IMG/VR virus record: IMGVR_UViG_3300025697_003303
DNA length: 20,000 nt
Reading direction: 5' to 3' (one strand)
Origin: an uncultured virus (IMG/VR IMGVR_UViG_3300025697_003303)
Taxonomy: Duplodnaviria; Heunggongvirae; Uroviricota; Caudoviricetes
The notes below the pieces were generated by a model, which was given only the letters and a program-made list of their open reading frames with translations, did not search any database and was not told where the DNA came from. Shown here piece after piece: positions 7,701 to 16,630 of the stretch. The stretch's first letter is position 1. The number at the start of each line of letters is the position of its first letter. Made by a program: the position numbers and the translations under genes.

Positions 7701-10700
7701 TCAGAGAAGGAATATATGTGGCAGAACCAAAAGCGATTCCATACCCAACCTTATCGATAGAGCCTATATCTATTAATGGCATACTCTCCATTTCGCTCCA
7801 TGTATCAGTAACCGCATCATACTTTTCAGTTGCTCTAGAAGTATATACTATATTTTTTGTTTTATCATATTGTATCCCGCCAAATATATATATGTCCGTA
7901 CCAACAACAACGGACATTGCTCCCATTCTTTCAGTTGGCATAGATGTCATTGTCATCCATGAGTCATTAGATATGTTATATCTTTCAACAGTAGGAAGTA
8001 TTTCGTTCGCACCAATACCGCCAATAGCATATAGCTGGTCTAAAACAGACTCAACACATAAATGCCCTCTAGCAGTAGACATTGAAGATGACTGAGACCA
8101 TTCATTCGTAAACGTATCGTATTTATCTGTTCTAACACTAAAAATACTTCTAATATTATCAGAGGATGATTGATCTTTCCAATCATCTGAATCGTTTCTC
8201 AACAATAGGCATATCGTCTCTGTTCTCTTTATGTTCCCTATATTATCATCAAACAAAGAATATGTTGCAGTAAGATATATATTCGCAGCAATATCTTTAT
8301 TAGACTGTAAAGGCTGCAATTCTACAGTGGCATAGCTTCTCTCTCTATCTGCATCTACTTCAGTGTCAACATAAGTTAATGTCTTTATTTTACTATCAAC
8401 AGCTTGAACTGAATTCTCCGTGTGATTAACTATTTTTATATCTATTTCCGTACCGTCTGGAACAAAAGTATCTGCAAAAGAGACATCTAATATAAATTGA
8501 TTAATTGATTTTCCATCTAATATTACTCCCTCTATTCTACTAATATCATCTCCATTTTTAGCCCTCCTATCTACGACTCTTATTCTCAATGATTCTTCAG
8601 GGACCAAAACTGTCGGTACTAAACCATTCCCAAATGATCCTCCACCAGTAAGCGTTAGAGTTTCATTATCAAAAACAGAAACGATATGACCCGTAACAGT
8701 TATCTCATTATTATACAGTGAGTACTTATCTGCTGCTATAGGAGCACAATCTGTACGTAGACTCTCAAATCCTGTAATTTCTGCATCAGTATCTTTTCTG
8801 TTTAGTCTAAAATATACAAAAGTATTATCATACTGAGAAAGATTAACTGACGCTGCTCCGTGATCAATAGTAGCATTATCTGTATTAAGAACCCATCTAT
8901 CGAGATATGGGTCAAGATACTCAACAACATCTCCCCAAATTACCTCAACTTCTGGATCGCTCGTATCGATTCTAATCATCATGCCATGATTTAGTTGATG
9001 GATTTCATTACCCACAGAAGTCATACATTGTCTAAACGGTTCAGAATACTTAGTAGTAGAAGTCTCAGCATTATGAGAAATAGTGAGGGTCGCATACCCG
9101 ATACCATCACTCCAAAACTTTTGTTTCAGGTCAGCAAACTCCATCAAGAGATTAGAAGACATTACTCTATGCCCCTTTTCCCTTAGAGGTATAAGTTCTA
9201 TTACTTGAGAATCGCTTGCTGTCAAACCATCATAAAAGACAGACACATTCATTGTATGCGTTTCATACTCAAAACCAGAACCATCTATTTGCACATTATT
9301 AATCGGTCCTAAAAATACATTTCTAGCAACACTTTTATTCAAGAAAGAAAAGATACCGTTTGGATCACCAGTATTATCTTTAGAATAAAAGATTCTATCA
9401 ATAGCATTATCCTTTTTAGTTAGACTCCATTCGGCTGTAGCTGTGTCAGGTAAGAAGGTTCTTTTAGACAGATCTTTAGGATCGTCTGGATCTAACATAT
9501 AAACAATCGCTGTTTGTTCTAAAATCTGACGACCATCAGATAAAGGAACATTAGGCTGTATGTCAACCACTAAAGGATTCCCGAAAACGATTAATTTCTT
9601 TTTTACAATTGTCGAACCATTACGCAAACGAACTTTTATATACAATAAAACAGTTTGAGCTTGATCTGGAGTCGCCAAAGATATATCTGCATAAGTTACA
9701 TTTTCTGTTTCGCCAGTTAAAACTCCATATATATCTCTTTTTTCTCTTGTCCCTGAAACAACCTCGATAGCACTATTGACATAAGAATAAACGCTCAACA
9801 AACCTGTCACTGGTTGGACTTCATCTACATCAAAATCTACTGTAGCATCATAAACTGTAGCACTAACAACTGTATTATTAGATCTAGCAGAAAGATATTC
9901 ATCTTTTAAGTAAACTCTAGAGATATAAGAAGAAGATGACGTAGCATATGTTCCGTTATAATTAGCAGTAGAAGACGGTATCTGACTATCTAACGCATTT
10001 ATCTTTTGTTTACTAACCACTTCAACGTACTTGCTATCTTTATTCTCTACTTCAAATGATAATTTATTTTTCCACTCTACTTGAATAATTCTTGATTTAT
10101 ATACGAATTCAAGACCCTCAAAAGACACAGTAAATCTTATTGACAATAATACAGATTGTAAGTTAGACAAGAGAGAAACATCTTTTGTCAACCTCAAAAT
10201 CCCTCTCGATAAACCGTTGTCCAATTTTGTAACCGTCAATCCATATAATTCATTTATATCTGGAGCGTTTACAGCAGTATCTCCAGCAAAAATATCTTCA
10301 GCAACATCGTCTGGATATGTATAAGACGCATTTTCGATTTCCCATGAGATAGTATAATCTCTACTAATATGATTATCAGATTGATCGGTCATCTTCATAT
10401 AGAAGACAATATTCTCGTCAAAGAAAGTACTTATGTCTCTTTTTGGAACAAAATTATCCCACAAAACCTTCAAACTTGAACCGCTTACTATTTCATAATG
10501 TACGTTTTTAACATCTTCCAAAGGAATTTGAGATTCACTTAGACCGCTCAAAGGGATTATGCTAACAGTGCTGGAACTAGATGGTCTCCCAAACATATCA
10601 ATAGTAGATATCGTATAATAATAACGAGTATCATTGCTTAATAATCTGTCTATATATTTAATTTTAAATACATCATCGTCAAAAACTAAAATACCATCAC

Positions 10701-12672
10701 TATTCCCATATTCATCAAAAATAGGAAAACCTGTTGTAGATCGATATATCCTTATTCTCTTAATTCTCTCGTCTGAAGCATCAAGATCCCATTTCAAATA
10801 AACTTTCCTATCTCCTGCCACTCCCTCAAATCCATAAGGGGCAGACAAAGAAGAAGATAAAGAAGAAACAAGCTCTCTACTTTCTGTATCTATATCTGGA
10901 ATAAGAACAGCAATCGACATAGCATCATCGATATTACAAACATTACCACTACTATTCTGAGAGAAAATTCTAAAATATTGGTTTTCACCCAAAATAAAAT
11001 TATCTTGGAACGTAGTATAAAAATCTCCATCAGATGTTATAGTATTAAAATATATCTCTTGACCGTCACCTTCGTAAGAAGGAATCCTTATATCGTTCGA
11101 TACGATACTAACGATATTACCATTGAAGTTATATATTTCTGGAATCGTAAATTTAAGAACAACTAATCTATCACCATTATCATTTCTAAAAATATTATGT
11201 TGATCTAGAATATAATCAAAATCTTTCAGATCATTATATATAACGACTTCACATATTTCTCCGAAGAAGCTATCTACATTCGCAACTGCTCCCCTATTAT
11301 ATCCTATATCAAAATACATATCTCCTATAGATAAATTAAGAGAACCTAAAATGGCAGACCCTACAGGAGAACCGTTAACGTAAAAAGAAACAGAACCATT
11401 AGACATATTGATAGAAACATCTATTTTATTCCACTGATTCAAAGTTAAGACATCAATAGAAGATGAGACAATAGCAAAACCAGTATCAAAGGTCAAACCT
11501 CCATCAGTATTCGTATATAAAGCATAGTTTGCGATTGCTCCATCCTGCCTCATAATAATAGCTTTATTAGACGCAAAATTATAAGGTTTAATCCAAGAGC
11601 TAATAGTTATACTCTCATCTTCTCTTAATTCAAAAGTAGAGGTAACAGACTGTGTAGTTACAGCAGTAGTTTCTCCGTTAAAACGCAAACCTGATTTACC
11701 GAATGGTACGTCATCTGCATTTAACCAAATTGCATTAGACTCTGATACGATTAAATCAGAAGATGAAGTAAAATCATATAAAATTTGACCTTCTGCTTCA
11801 TCGAAATGCCAAAGACCCCATACTGTGCTGTCTACAATGACTCCAGATCCTATCAAAATTTCAGAACTAAAGGTTTTTACACCCCTAGGAAGACTTTCGT
11901 CATTAGGAGTTACTTGTATCCTAACTCCATCACTAAACTGATAATTAGTATTGAATGTATAAATACCGTAATAGTATGTTTTATTTGCTTCAATTCCTAA
12001 ATCTTGTATGCCATTAGAAATACCATCAAATAATATCTCTCCATCTATAGGATTAGAAGGAAAAGAATCTTCTCTTCTTACAACTCTAATCCCTGCAAAA
12101 TTATTAAGAGTATCATTAAATAAGTATTGTTGATAGAATTCGGAGTTTAGAGCACTAAGTTGGTTATTTGATTCTAAATCAGCCGTTACAGAGAGTTTTA
12201 TTTTTTGACCCCCAAAGGTAAAGATTTTATACAAAACCTCGGCAGGATAGCTCCCAGATACCTTGCTGACGAACCTCTTAGCTAGGTCATGTCTAAATCC
12301 ACCCTCATCATTCCAAGACATGCTTCCACTCTCATCGAAAAGAATAGACACGATACTATCATTAAAATCAAGACCGATATCGTTAAATCCATATGCATCT
12401 GCTTGCAGTTTAGTGCCAAATAGCTCTAAATTATCTGGGTTAAAATATGATCTCGTTAAAGTACTCTGTGTTGGAGAAGTTACGTTAATCCTTTGGTTGC
12501 TAGAATCAAAACCTCCAGATTCATCATCTGAGAATATCTTCATAGCATGTTTTTTTGTATTAGTTACATACCAATTCCCAACAGCCCAATCCCCATCTAT
12601 AGAATAATAAAGACAATAATAATTGACTAAATCCCACTCTCCACTATTCGGATCAAATAAACAAATGTTCAT
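4744..12672 (-). CDS. Giant multidomain adhesin-like or virion structural protein (2642 aa): split vWA, FN3-like repeats, LamG, Ig-like (Big-1-like) repeats, Kelch propeller, Cys-rich C-terminus
   Basis: DESGS MIDAS motif; LWHFDEAEG and TISSWIKP (LamG); GDRKVYLKW...YYYTIST (FN3); LYAIGG, IYIFGG, VYSIGG with W..M..MP (Kelch); acidic, Ser/Val/Ile-rich; no obvious signal peptide. Confidence 0.85.
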   Translation of the reverse strand: MNICLFDPNSGEWDLVNYYCLYYSIDGDWAVGNWYVTNTKKHAMKIFSDDESGGFDSSNQRINVTSPTQSTLTRSYFNPDNLELFGTKLQADAYGFNDIGLDFNDSIVSILFDESGSMSWNDEGGFRHDLAKRFVSKVSGSYPAEVLYKIFTFGGQKIKLSVTADLESNNQLSALNSEFYQQYLFNDTLNNFAGIRVVRREDSFPSNPIDGEILFDGISNGIQDLGIEANKTYYYGIYTFNTNYQFSDGVRIQVTPNDESLPRGVKTFSSEILIGSGVIVDSTVWGLWHFDEAEGQILYDFTSSSDLIVSESNAIWLNADDVPFGKSGLRFNGETTAVTTQSVTSTFELREDESITISSWIKPYNFASNKAIIMRQDGAIANYALYTNTDGGLTFDTGFAIVSSSIDVLTLNQWNKIDVSINMSNGSVSFYVNGSPVGSAILGSLNLSIGDMYFDIGYNRGAVANVDSFFGEICEVVIYNDLKDFDYILDQHNIFRNDNGDRLVVLKFTIPEIYNFNGNIVSIVSNDIRIPSYEGDGQEIYFNTITSDGDFYTTFQDNFILGENQYFRIFSQNSSGNVCNIDDAMSIAVLIPDIDTESRELVSSLSSSLSAPYGFEGVAGDRKVYLKWDLDASDERIKRIRIYRSTTGFPIFDEYGNSDGILVFDDDVFKIKYIDRLLSNDTRYYYTISTIDMFGRPSSSSTVSIIPLSGLSESQIPLEDVKNVHYEIVSGSSLKVLWDNFVPKRDISTFFDENIVFYMKMTDQSDNHISRDYTISWEIENASYTYPDDVAEDIFAGDTAVNAPDINELYGLTVTKLDNGLSRGILRLTKDVSLLSNLQSVLLSIRFTVSFEGLEFVYKSRIIQVEWKNKLSFEVENKDSKYVEVVSKQKINALDSQIPSSTANYNGTYATSSSSYISRVYLKDEYLSARSNNTVVSATVYDATVDFDVDEVQPVTGLLSVYSYVNSAIEVVSGTREKRDIYGVLTGETENVTYADISLATPDQAQTVLLYIKVRLRNGSTIVKKKLIVFGNPLVVDIQPNVPLSDGRQILEQTAIVYMLDPDDPKDLSKRTFLPDTATAEWSLTKKDNAIDRIFYSKDNTGDPNGIFSFLNKSVARNVFLGPINNVQIDGSGFEYETHTMNVSVFYDGLTASDSQVIELIPLREKGHRVMSSNLLMEFADLKQKFWSDGIGYATLTISHNAETSTTKYSEPFRQCMTSVGNEIHQLNHGMMIRIDTSDPEVEVIWGDVVEYLDPYLDRWVLNTDNATIDHGAASVNLSQYDNTFVYFRLNRKDTDAEITGFESLRTDCAPIAADKYSLYNNEITVTGHIVSVFDNETLTLTGGGSFGNGLVPTVLVPEESLRIRVVDRRAKNGDDISRIEGVILDGKSINQFILDVSFADTFVPDGTEIDIKIVNHTENSVQAVDSKIKTLTYVDTEVDADRERSYATVELQPLQSNKDIAANIYLTATYSLFDDNIGNIKRTETICLLLRNDSDDWKDQSSSDNIRSIFSVRTDKYDTFTNEWSQSSSMSTARGHLCVESVLDQLYAIGGIGANEILPTVERYNISNDSWMTMTSMPTERMGAMSVVVGTDIYIFGGIQYDKTKNIVYTSRATEKYDAVTDTWSEMESMPLIDIGSIDKVGYGIAFGSATYIPSLNRIYIVSGIRDITDNGSFVDYNDRILHYNISSDEWGYSDAISETEFKTYSRISPLSFVDGNDIVVLSGAFQKIDASLEYYATGFSYNVSSGSLDVINNKFNHMLQPRCFSASAIDGGRVYSIGGFNSNSETLKMFESIENIGGDIPYDVLELGNTTKSKDGGAAAIVSYNGHSHVMYVGGIESGKGNGFLKISIEPYEDGMSLNGNQYLGAKVSAVDDGGNVDVLATVKLAGYLQLSDAEDITLIPESFLPYNVLFDEDEISVIDGESVFSLKPRSDDMIKGVVDEMVFTEGLDNNLYKIVLQSTIVDGFVPETVGTASGGFTSYYGQTLVSIVNDASEAATLSPSCIVPVTSNITIASLNFKSIFSDNVFKIVSAPLYQNNSVSTDILSSNMTVPSVIDHTSSGAVVSSEALTIIDTISEEIPFGSSPLYDSLYTVSTVLNDQSYDANDKIIYTFADNSPNVSTKNYQEAIDAVNDIDNYQEVPLIVGNLSLKNPSVISSSIDRTGSIILDKLSYHTGGQSFSIVSDSFEDDLVCIMTGKTKGSLGYGSAIYTIDFGEVVNLNSANVLFELPANTSGEWRMSASDDGYDYSPYTIYFEPGFDVGFSDLDVRYVKLDMKITSCLTTTNEEVNDGSSTGHPLIEGFGLTYTAVKTDYLFVNEHTVDDNNRQVVSTLDSTDEGEVKFGVSTSASHNWNDFDSGAKPSRPNAGGGVVLPVRNRNIVGIRSESLVNVDNYEFKATYGSWDYESSVTIFDSSNNTISSSSYELHPRDGLVVFSTKMYDNYIIRIQDPSKIRSGFRIDNSDVNTEISFHGFSEMFATEKSIKDYLQGTTPTATSGNVCSDFPWITCNDPTQTTASVFIDSVPGNSCYERVQGTYAYDATLDTVGFVGWWFSRIAANVVLIVIYCKTDQTYYAQIYDRSSDIAVFGADPNECTCVTLENDRFKDISDSTLCCDETSEGVLGDFTLRGVGECSFFNASVNISV

Positions 12673-12713
12673 GAAAAAAATATCTCTTCAAAAATATAAC
12701 TATACTATGTATA

Positions 12714-12742
12714 TTTTCGGTTTTATTTGCTTTAATCCTTTA
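12714..12742 (-). promoter_or_regulatory. Putative bipartite promoter TAAAGGA-N16-CGAAAA upstream of the 2642-aa gene
   Basis: Begins in the upstream stop codon and spans the intergenic gap; matches the motifs at 1981..2008 and 17309..17336. Confidence 0.55.
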
Positions 12743-13726
12743 TGCTTTTATGGCAGATGGACCATCTGTGTCTTCATCAGAGTCAGTAATTTCCCATACA
12801 ACATATTTGTCATCACTAGAACCAGACGAATATAAAACTAAAGCATAGCTATCGCTAAAAGAAATGGCACGAGAACTGTCTAGAAAATTAAGATTAAAAT
12901 TATACCAATCATCAGTTTTTAAATCAGAAATGGTTGTAATATAATCATATATAAACAGAGGTGTAATTGGACGATTATTGCTATCGACTGTATAAAGTCT
13001 AGCATGAATTGTAATATATGGAGCAACAGAAAAATCAGGACCATCACCCGAAACAGCTTCACTAACATCAGATGTTATATAAACCTTATCAATAAAACTC
13101 CCATCTATAGTTGGATGTATCTCTAATGTATGGAGATTTGTATCATTTATGTCTATTACAAGAGAATTCCACTCCCATGATGCAATAGAAGATAAATTAT
13201 CGATATTTCCTATATCAACATTATCTAAAAAAATGTTTGATCTAAAAGAAACTGTCGATGTTCTAGTTCTTAACCATAATCTATATTGTCCTGACGAAGA
13301 GGCTTGTATCGGATAACTAACAGAAGCATAACTCCCAGTCGCGTCTAAAACATCCACTGATAAATAACCTCCACCACAAAATCCAAGTGTAGTATCATCT
13401 GCGATTATTTTATTGGTTCCTTGAGACAAAGATGAAAAATTCAGAGAATCAATAGAAACATTATCAGAAAACGAAAAATAACTACTTTCGTTGTTTAACT
13501 TTGGTCTCAAATAAACAGAAGCTTTTGTAGGAATAAAACGGTCATTAACGCTAAATATTTGTGCTAATTTTACAGATTGACTAGACTGACCAGATCCGCT
13601 ATAATAAAAACCAGCAATTTGCCAACGATCCGCAGCTTCTACGACTCCATCAGGGACTGGCAATACATCGTCCATTTGGGAGAAGTTTAAAGCAGCGGCT
13701 CTTTTTGATGCAGAGTCAACAGCCAT
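12740..13726 (-). CDS. Putative virion protein with carbohydrate-binding-module-like beta-sandwich (328 aa)
   Basis: ASVSYPIQASSSGQYRLWLR...HTLEI...IDKVYIT resembles CBM6/CBM35-type galactose-binding folds; TAATG overlap with the upstream gene and GGAG SD. Confidence 0.7.
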   Translation of the reverse strand: MAVDSASKRAAALNFSQMDDVLPVPDGVVEAADRWQIAGFYYSGSGQSSQSVKLAQIFSVNDRFIPTKASVYLRPKLNNESSYFSFSDNVSIDSLNFSSLSQGTNKIIADDTTLGFCGGGYLSVDVLDATGSYASVSYPIQASSSGQYRLWLRTRTSTVSFRSNIFLDNVDIGNIDNLSSIASWEWNSLVIDINDTNLHTLEIHPTIDGSFIDKVYITSDVSEAVSGDGPDFSVAPYITIHARLYTVDSNNRPITPLFIYDYITTISDLKTDDWYNFNLNFLDSSRAISFSDSYALVLYSSGSSDDKYVVWEITDSDEDTDGPSAIKA

Positions 13727-15075
13727 TAACCAGACTCCATCTCACCTTTAGTAAACAACCCTCCAGCATCACTGATGTCTGATTTTTGGTCTATAATAGT
13801 TTCAGCATCATTATATAACTTAAAAAGATTCGAGTTTTGTTCTTTTCTATTTCTCCAATTCTTATAAAGATAATCTATTTTTGTATTTGTGTCTGCCGAA
13901 ACTGGAGGACTTAACTGTCCCGGCTCTCCTCTGTTTGAAGTAAGTGCTAAAGTATCTGCTAATATATCATTAATTTCACTCGCATTAATGTCAACACCTA
14001 AGCCTGCACCGCTACATATAAACCCATCGCCGAAGAATCCGCCTGCCTCGAAAAACACACCATCAGAAAAAACAGACCTAACGTGCATCCCATACCCAGA
14101 GTTAGTAAAGATAGCCACACCGTCACCTGTCCCACCCGTAATAGTAGCTCCGGTTTCACCTGTAGCGGCAAGTCCTGACCCAGTACCATTTCCTGACACA
14201 ACAAGCCCATCGCCGTCGCCCCCTGTTGAGGTAAACGCTACAGCATCTCCATTACTGGCGTTAATTGTCATGCCAAAGGTTCCTCCATCTATATCGACAC
14301 CGATAACAATAGCATCTATATCAATGCCTATTTGATCGGCATCAATGTCAATACCTGATAGTGCAGCATTGAGATATAAAGCATCTCCACCTGATGCTTC
14401 AAATACTACCGCATCTCCAGTGACACCTGCATTAATATATAATCCATGACCAGAACCATTGCCAACAGCAATAATACCAGAGCCATTGCCTCCATATGAG
14501 GTGGCTATTAAACCAGTACCAGCAATGCCGTCAAGAGCAAGTCCATCAGTGTTTCCAGCGATAGTCATTCCGGTAGTAGAACCGGAAACATTTAGTCCAA
14601 TTCCTCCTGATCCAACGATTGAAGCTCCAACAGTTGAGCCTATAGCACTGAATGCTGTACCAGAGTCATTATCTATATTCAATTCTTTGAGTTTCAGTGT
14701 AGCATTATTCCCATTTGTCAATTCACCGTCAATTTGTGTGACATTCGCAGGCATGGTCGATATGATCGTTCCATTCCACCAGAAAGTTGCACTCGCCACA
14801 ACTATATCGTCAATCGCCGGAGCACCAGCAACCTGCTCATATAACGTAACACAAACAGAAGCATCAGATGTCAATGTCGCTGGGACTGTGGCAATATACT
14901 GATAAGATGCCGCAGGTGTCTCAGTCGAAGTTATGTCATAATTACCCCAATCGGCGGGAACAAATGTCTCATATGCAGCAGCAACATCATCCCAATATTG
15001 CCCTGCCTGATTATTTAACACAACGTACATCGTCTTACCTGTTCGGTCATGTCTGTATCCTGGAAAAGTTGCCAT
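13726..15075 (-). CDS. Gly-rich beta-solenoid, tail-fibre-like protein (449 aa)
   Basis: Central 9-11 aa quasi-repeats (GIDIDADQI/GIDIDAIVI/GVDIDGGTF) between non-repetitive ends; GAGGT SD close upstream of the ATG. Confidence 0.75.
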   Translation of the reverse strand: MATFPGYRHDRTGKTMYVVLNNQAGQYWDDVAAAYETFVPADWGNYDITSTETPAASYQYIATVPATLTSDASVCVTLYEQVAGAPAIDDIVVASATFWWNGTIISTMPANVTQIDGELTNGNNATLKLKELNIDNDSGTAFSAIGSTVGASIVGSGGIGLNVSGSTTGMTIAGNTDGLALDGIAGTGLIATSYGGNGSGIIAVGNGSGHGLYINAGVTGDAVVFEASGGDALYLNAALSGIDIDADQIGIDIDAIVIGVDIDGGTFGMTINASNGDAVAFTSTGGDGDGLVVSGNGTGSGLAATGETGATITGGTGDGVAIFTNSGYGMHVRSVFSDGVFFEAGGFFGDGFICSGAGLGVDINASEINDILADTLALTSNRGEPGQLSPPVSADTNTKIDYLYKNWRNRKEQNSNLFKLYNDAETIIDQKSDISDAGGLFTKGEMESG

Positions 15076-15076
15076 A

Positions 15077-16618
15077 TTACCTCGCTATCCAGCCGCCTTT
15101 GCTGGCTGCTTTTGTTGCTGTATGAGTGGTTATTTTCGTTGCGTTTATACCACCTGTACTTGTAATCTCAGTGCCACGCCCAATAAGCAATTCAGTAATA
15201 GGAGAAACAGTAGCAGGCCATTCTATCACATTTGTTATGCCAATTGATCGCAGAGTCAGTGCGGTTATTACTGGAGTATCTGCACCTGTGACATTACCTT
15301 TTATCGTAAACTCTTTACTGTTAGTGTTGAGAGTAGTCACGCCAGCAGACTCGTTGACAACGAGATTCCCGATTAGCGTTGTGTCATCAGTCAGCGTGAG
15401 CGTTGTATTGTTCGTTGCTGTAGATTCAGCCGTAATTGTCGGTACAGTTATTATATCGTTCAAGTTAACGGTCTTGATGTTCGATGTATCGAATGCTACT
15501 GTTATCGTCGTGGTGCCTGCGAATGTTATTCCATTGTCAATGCTGGTTGCATCGACTCCGGCGATTGATCTGATTGTGTTTTCGGAACCAGTAGCAAGAG
15601 TAAGATTGCCGCTACGATCTGTTGATGCTGCTTTTCCCAACGTAATATCGCCACAAGTCAGCGATCCGGTTGAGAATACCGCTCGGCCAACATGGGAGTT
15701 TGCTATCGCCTCTATGTCGAAACCGGCGTTACCGACATCCACCGAACCTGTAAACGTCACCGGTTTATTGTTGTAATTATGAATAGCCAATAACGAACAT
15801 CCGGTGACAGTAAAGGCTTTTTGATTTACACTTGTCAGGTAGTTCACAATATAAATTGACTCTACGGTAAGCGAGTTGACGGTGTCTTGATCAATACAAT
15901 CATCGCCGGAGATCCACCTCATATACAGGGAGGACGACGCACCGCCTGTTGCAATTCCCGGACCCAATGTTATCCTATCCAGATACGATGTGCTTAAAAA
16001 TGTCGTTGTTTTACCGGCAGCCGCACAGATAAGTTTCGGATGCCCCTTGAGAGCATAAGCATAGCTTCTCTGCTTAAAGGTTCCAGTTCCGGTGAGGTTG
16101 ATGACTAGGTCGGCACCTACGACGCCGTGAACAGCCTCATAGTCGCCGCTAACTGATAATGTAATTGTTTCAACTGTGCCGCTTGAGAAATATGCGTTTC
16201 CGGTGACCACCATTTCGTAGCTGTTTCCTGTCACCGTCCCTCCATCAAGCAGTAAATCGCCAGTAATCGATACCGTACCACCAGCATTATTCGAAAGCGA
16301 TCCATCTGTCCCGATATCAAGACTAGTACACGAAAAAACACAATCGTCTATAGTCGCGGTTATGTCATCGAGAGTGATGTTATTAGTTACAGAAAAAGAC
16401 TGGTCAGAAAATGCCCATTCAGCGGCAGAACCAACGTCGGCATCTAAACTATCAGCAGACCACGGCACATCACAAGTAACCTTGCCAGAGTTAACAGTAA
16501 GTTGTATCGCATCGCCTAATGTAGGAGCAACATGGTCCTTCGCATCGTCATCAGCAATTGACCACGTTGCATCAGAAAAGTTTTGAGCAGTAGTATGTCT
16601 TGGATATAATGTAGCCAT
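15077..16618 (-). CDS. Thr/Gly-rich beta-helix-like fibre or adhesin protein (513 aa)
   Basis: Repeated short beta-strand patterns (VSITGDLLLDGGTV, LTCGDITLG, LIGNLVVN, FTIKGNVTG); elevated GC; stop 1 nt before the next ATG. Confidence 0.72.
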   Translation of the reverse strand: MATLYPRHTTAQNFSDATWSIADDDAKDHVAPTLGDAIQLTVNSGKVTCDVPWSADSLDADVGSAAEWAFSDQSFSVTNNITLDDITATIDDCVFSCTSLDIGTDGSLSNNAGGTVSITGDLLLDGGTVTGNSYEMVVTGNAYFSSGTVETITLSVSGDYEAVHGVVGADLVINLTGTGTFKQRSYAYALKGHPKLICAAAGKTTTFLSTSYLDRITLGPGIATGGASSSLYMRWISGDDCIDQDTVNSLTVESIYIVNYLTSVNQKAFTVTGCSLLAIHNYNNKPVTFTGSVDVGNAGFDIEAIANSHVGRAVFSTGSLTCGDITLGKAASTDRSGNLTLATGSENTIRSIAGVDATSIDNGITFAGTTTITVAFDTSNIKTVNLNDIITVPTITAESTATNNTTLTLTDDTTLIGNLVVNESAGVTTLNTNSKEFTIKGNVTGADTPVITALTLRSIGITNVIEWPATVSPITELLIGRGTEITSTGGINATKITTHTATKAASKGGWIAR

Positions 16619-16630
16619 TTTTCTTTTTTT

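Noticed and set aside
4744..12672. Eukaryotic or giant-virus origin suggested by Kelch and Myb-like domains
   Set aside because: SD sites, ATGA/TAATG translational coupling, a GTG start and operon-like packing indicate prokaryotic-type expression.
342..12835. Other short plus-strand ORFs (e.g. 342..587, 7718..8095, 12263..12607) and nested minus-strand ORFs (4063..4251, 5049..5300, 5874..6059)
   Set aside because: They lie within or opposite well-supported longer genes and have no recognisable motifs.
13889..15776. Long plus-strand ORFs 13889..14335, 14459..14902, 14868..15125 and 15126..15776
   Set aside because: Antisense shadows of the Gly/Thr-rich, higher-GC minus-strand genes; the Pro/Ser/Val-rich translations mirror the sense codons and show no family motifs.
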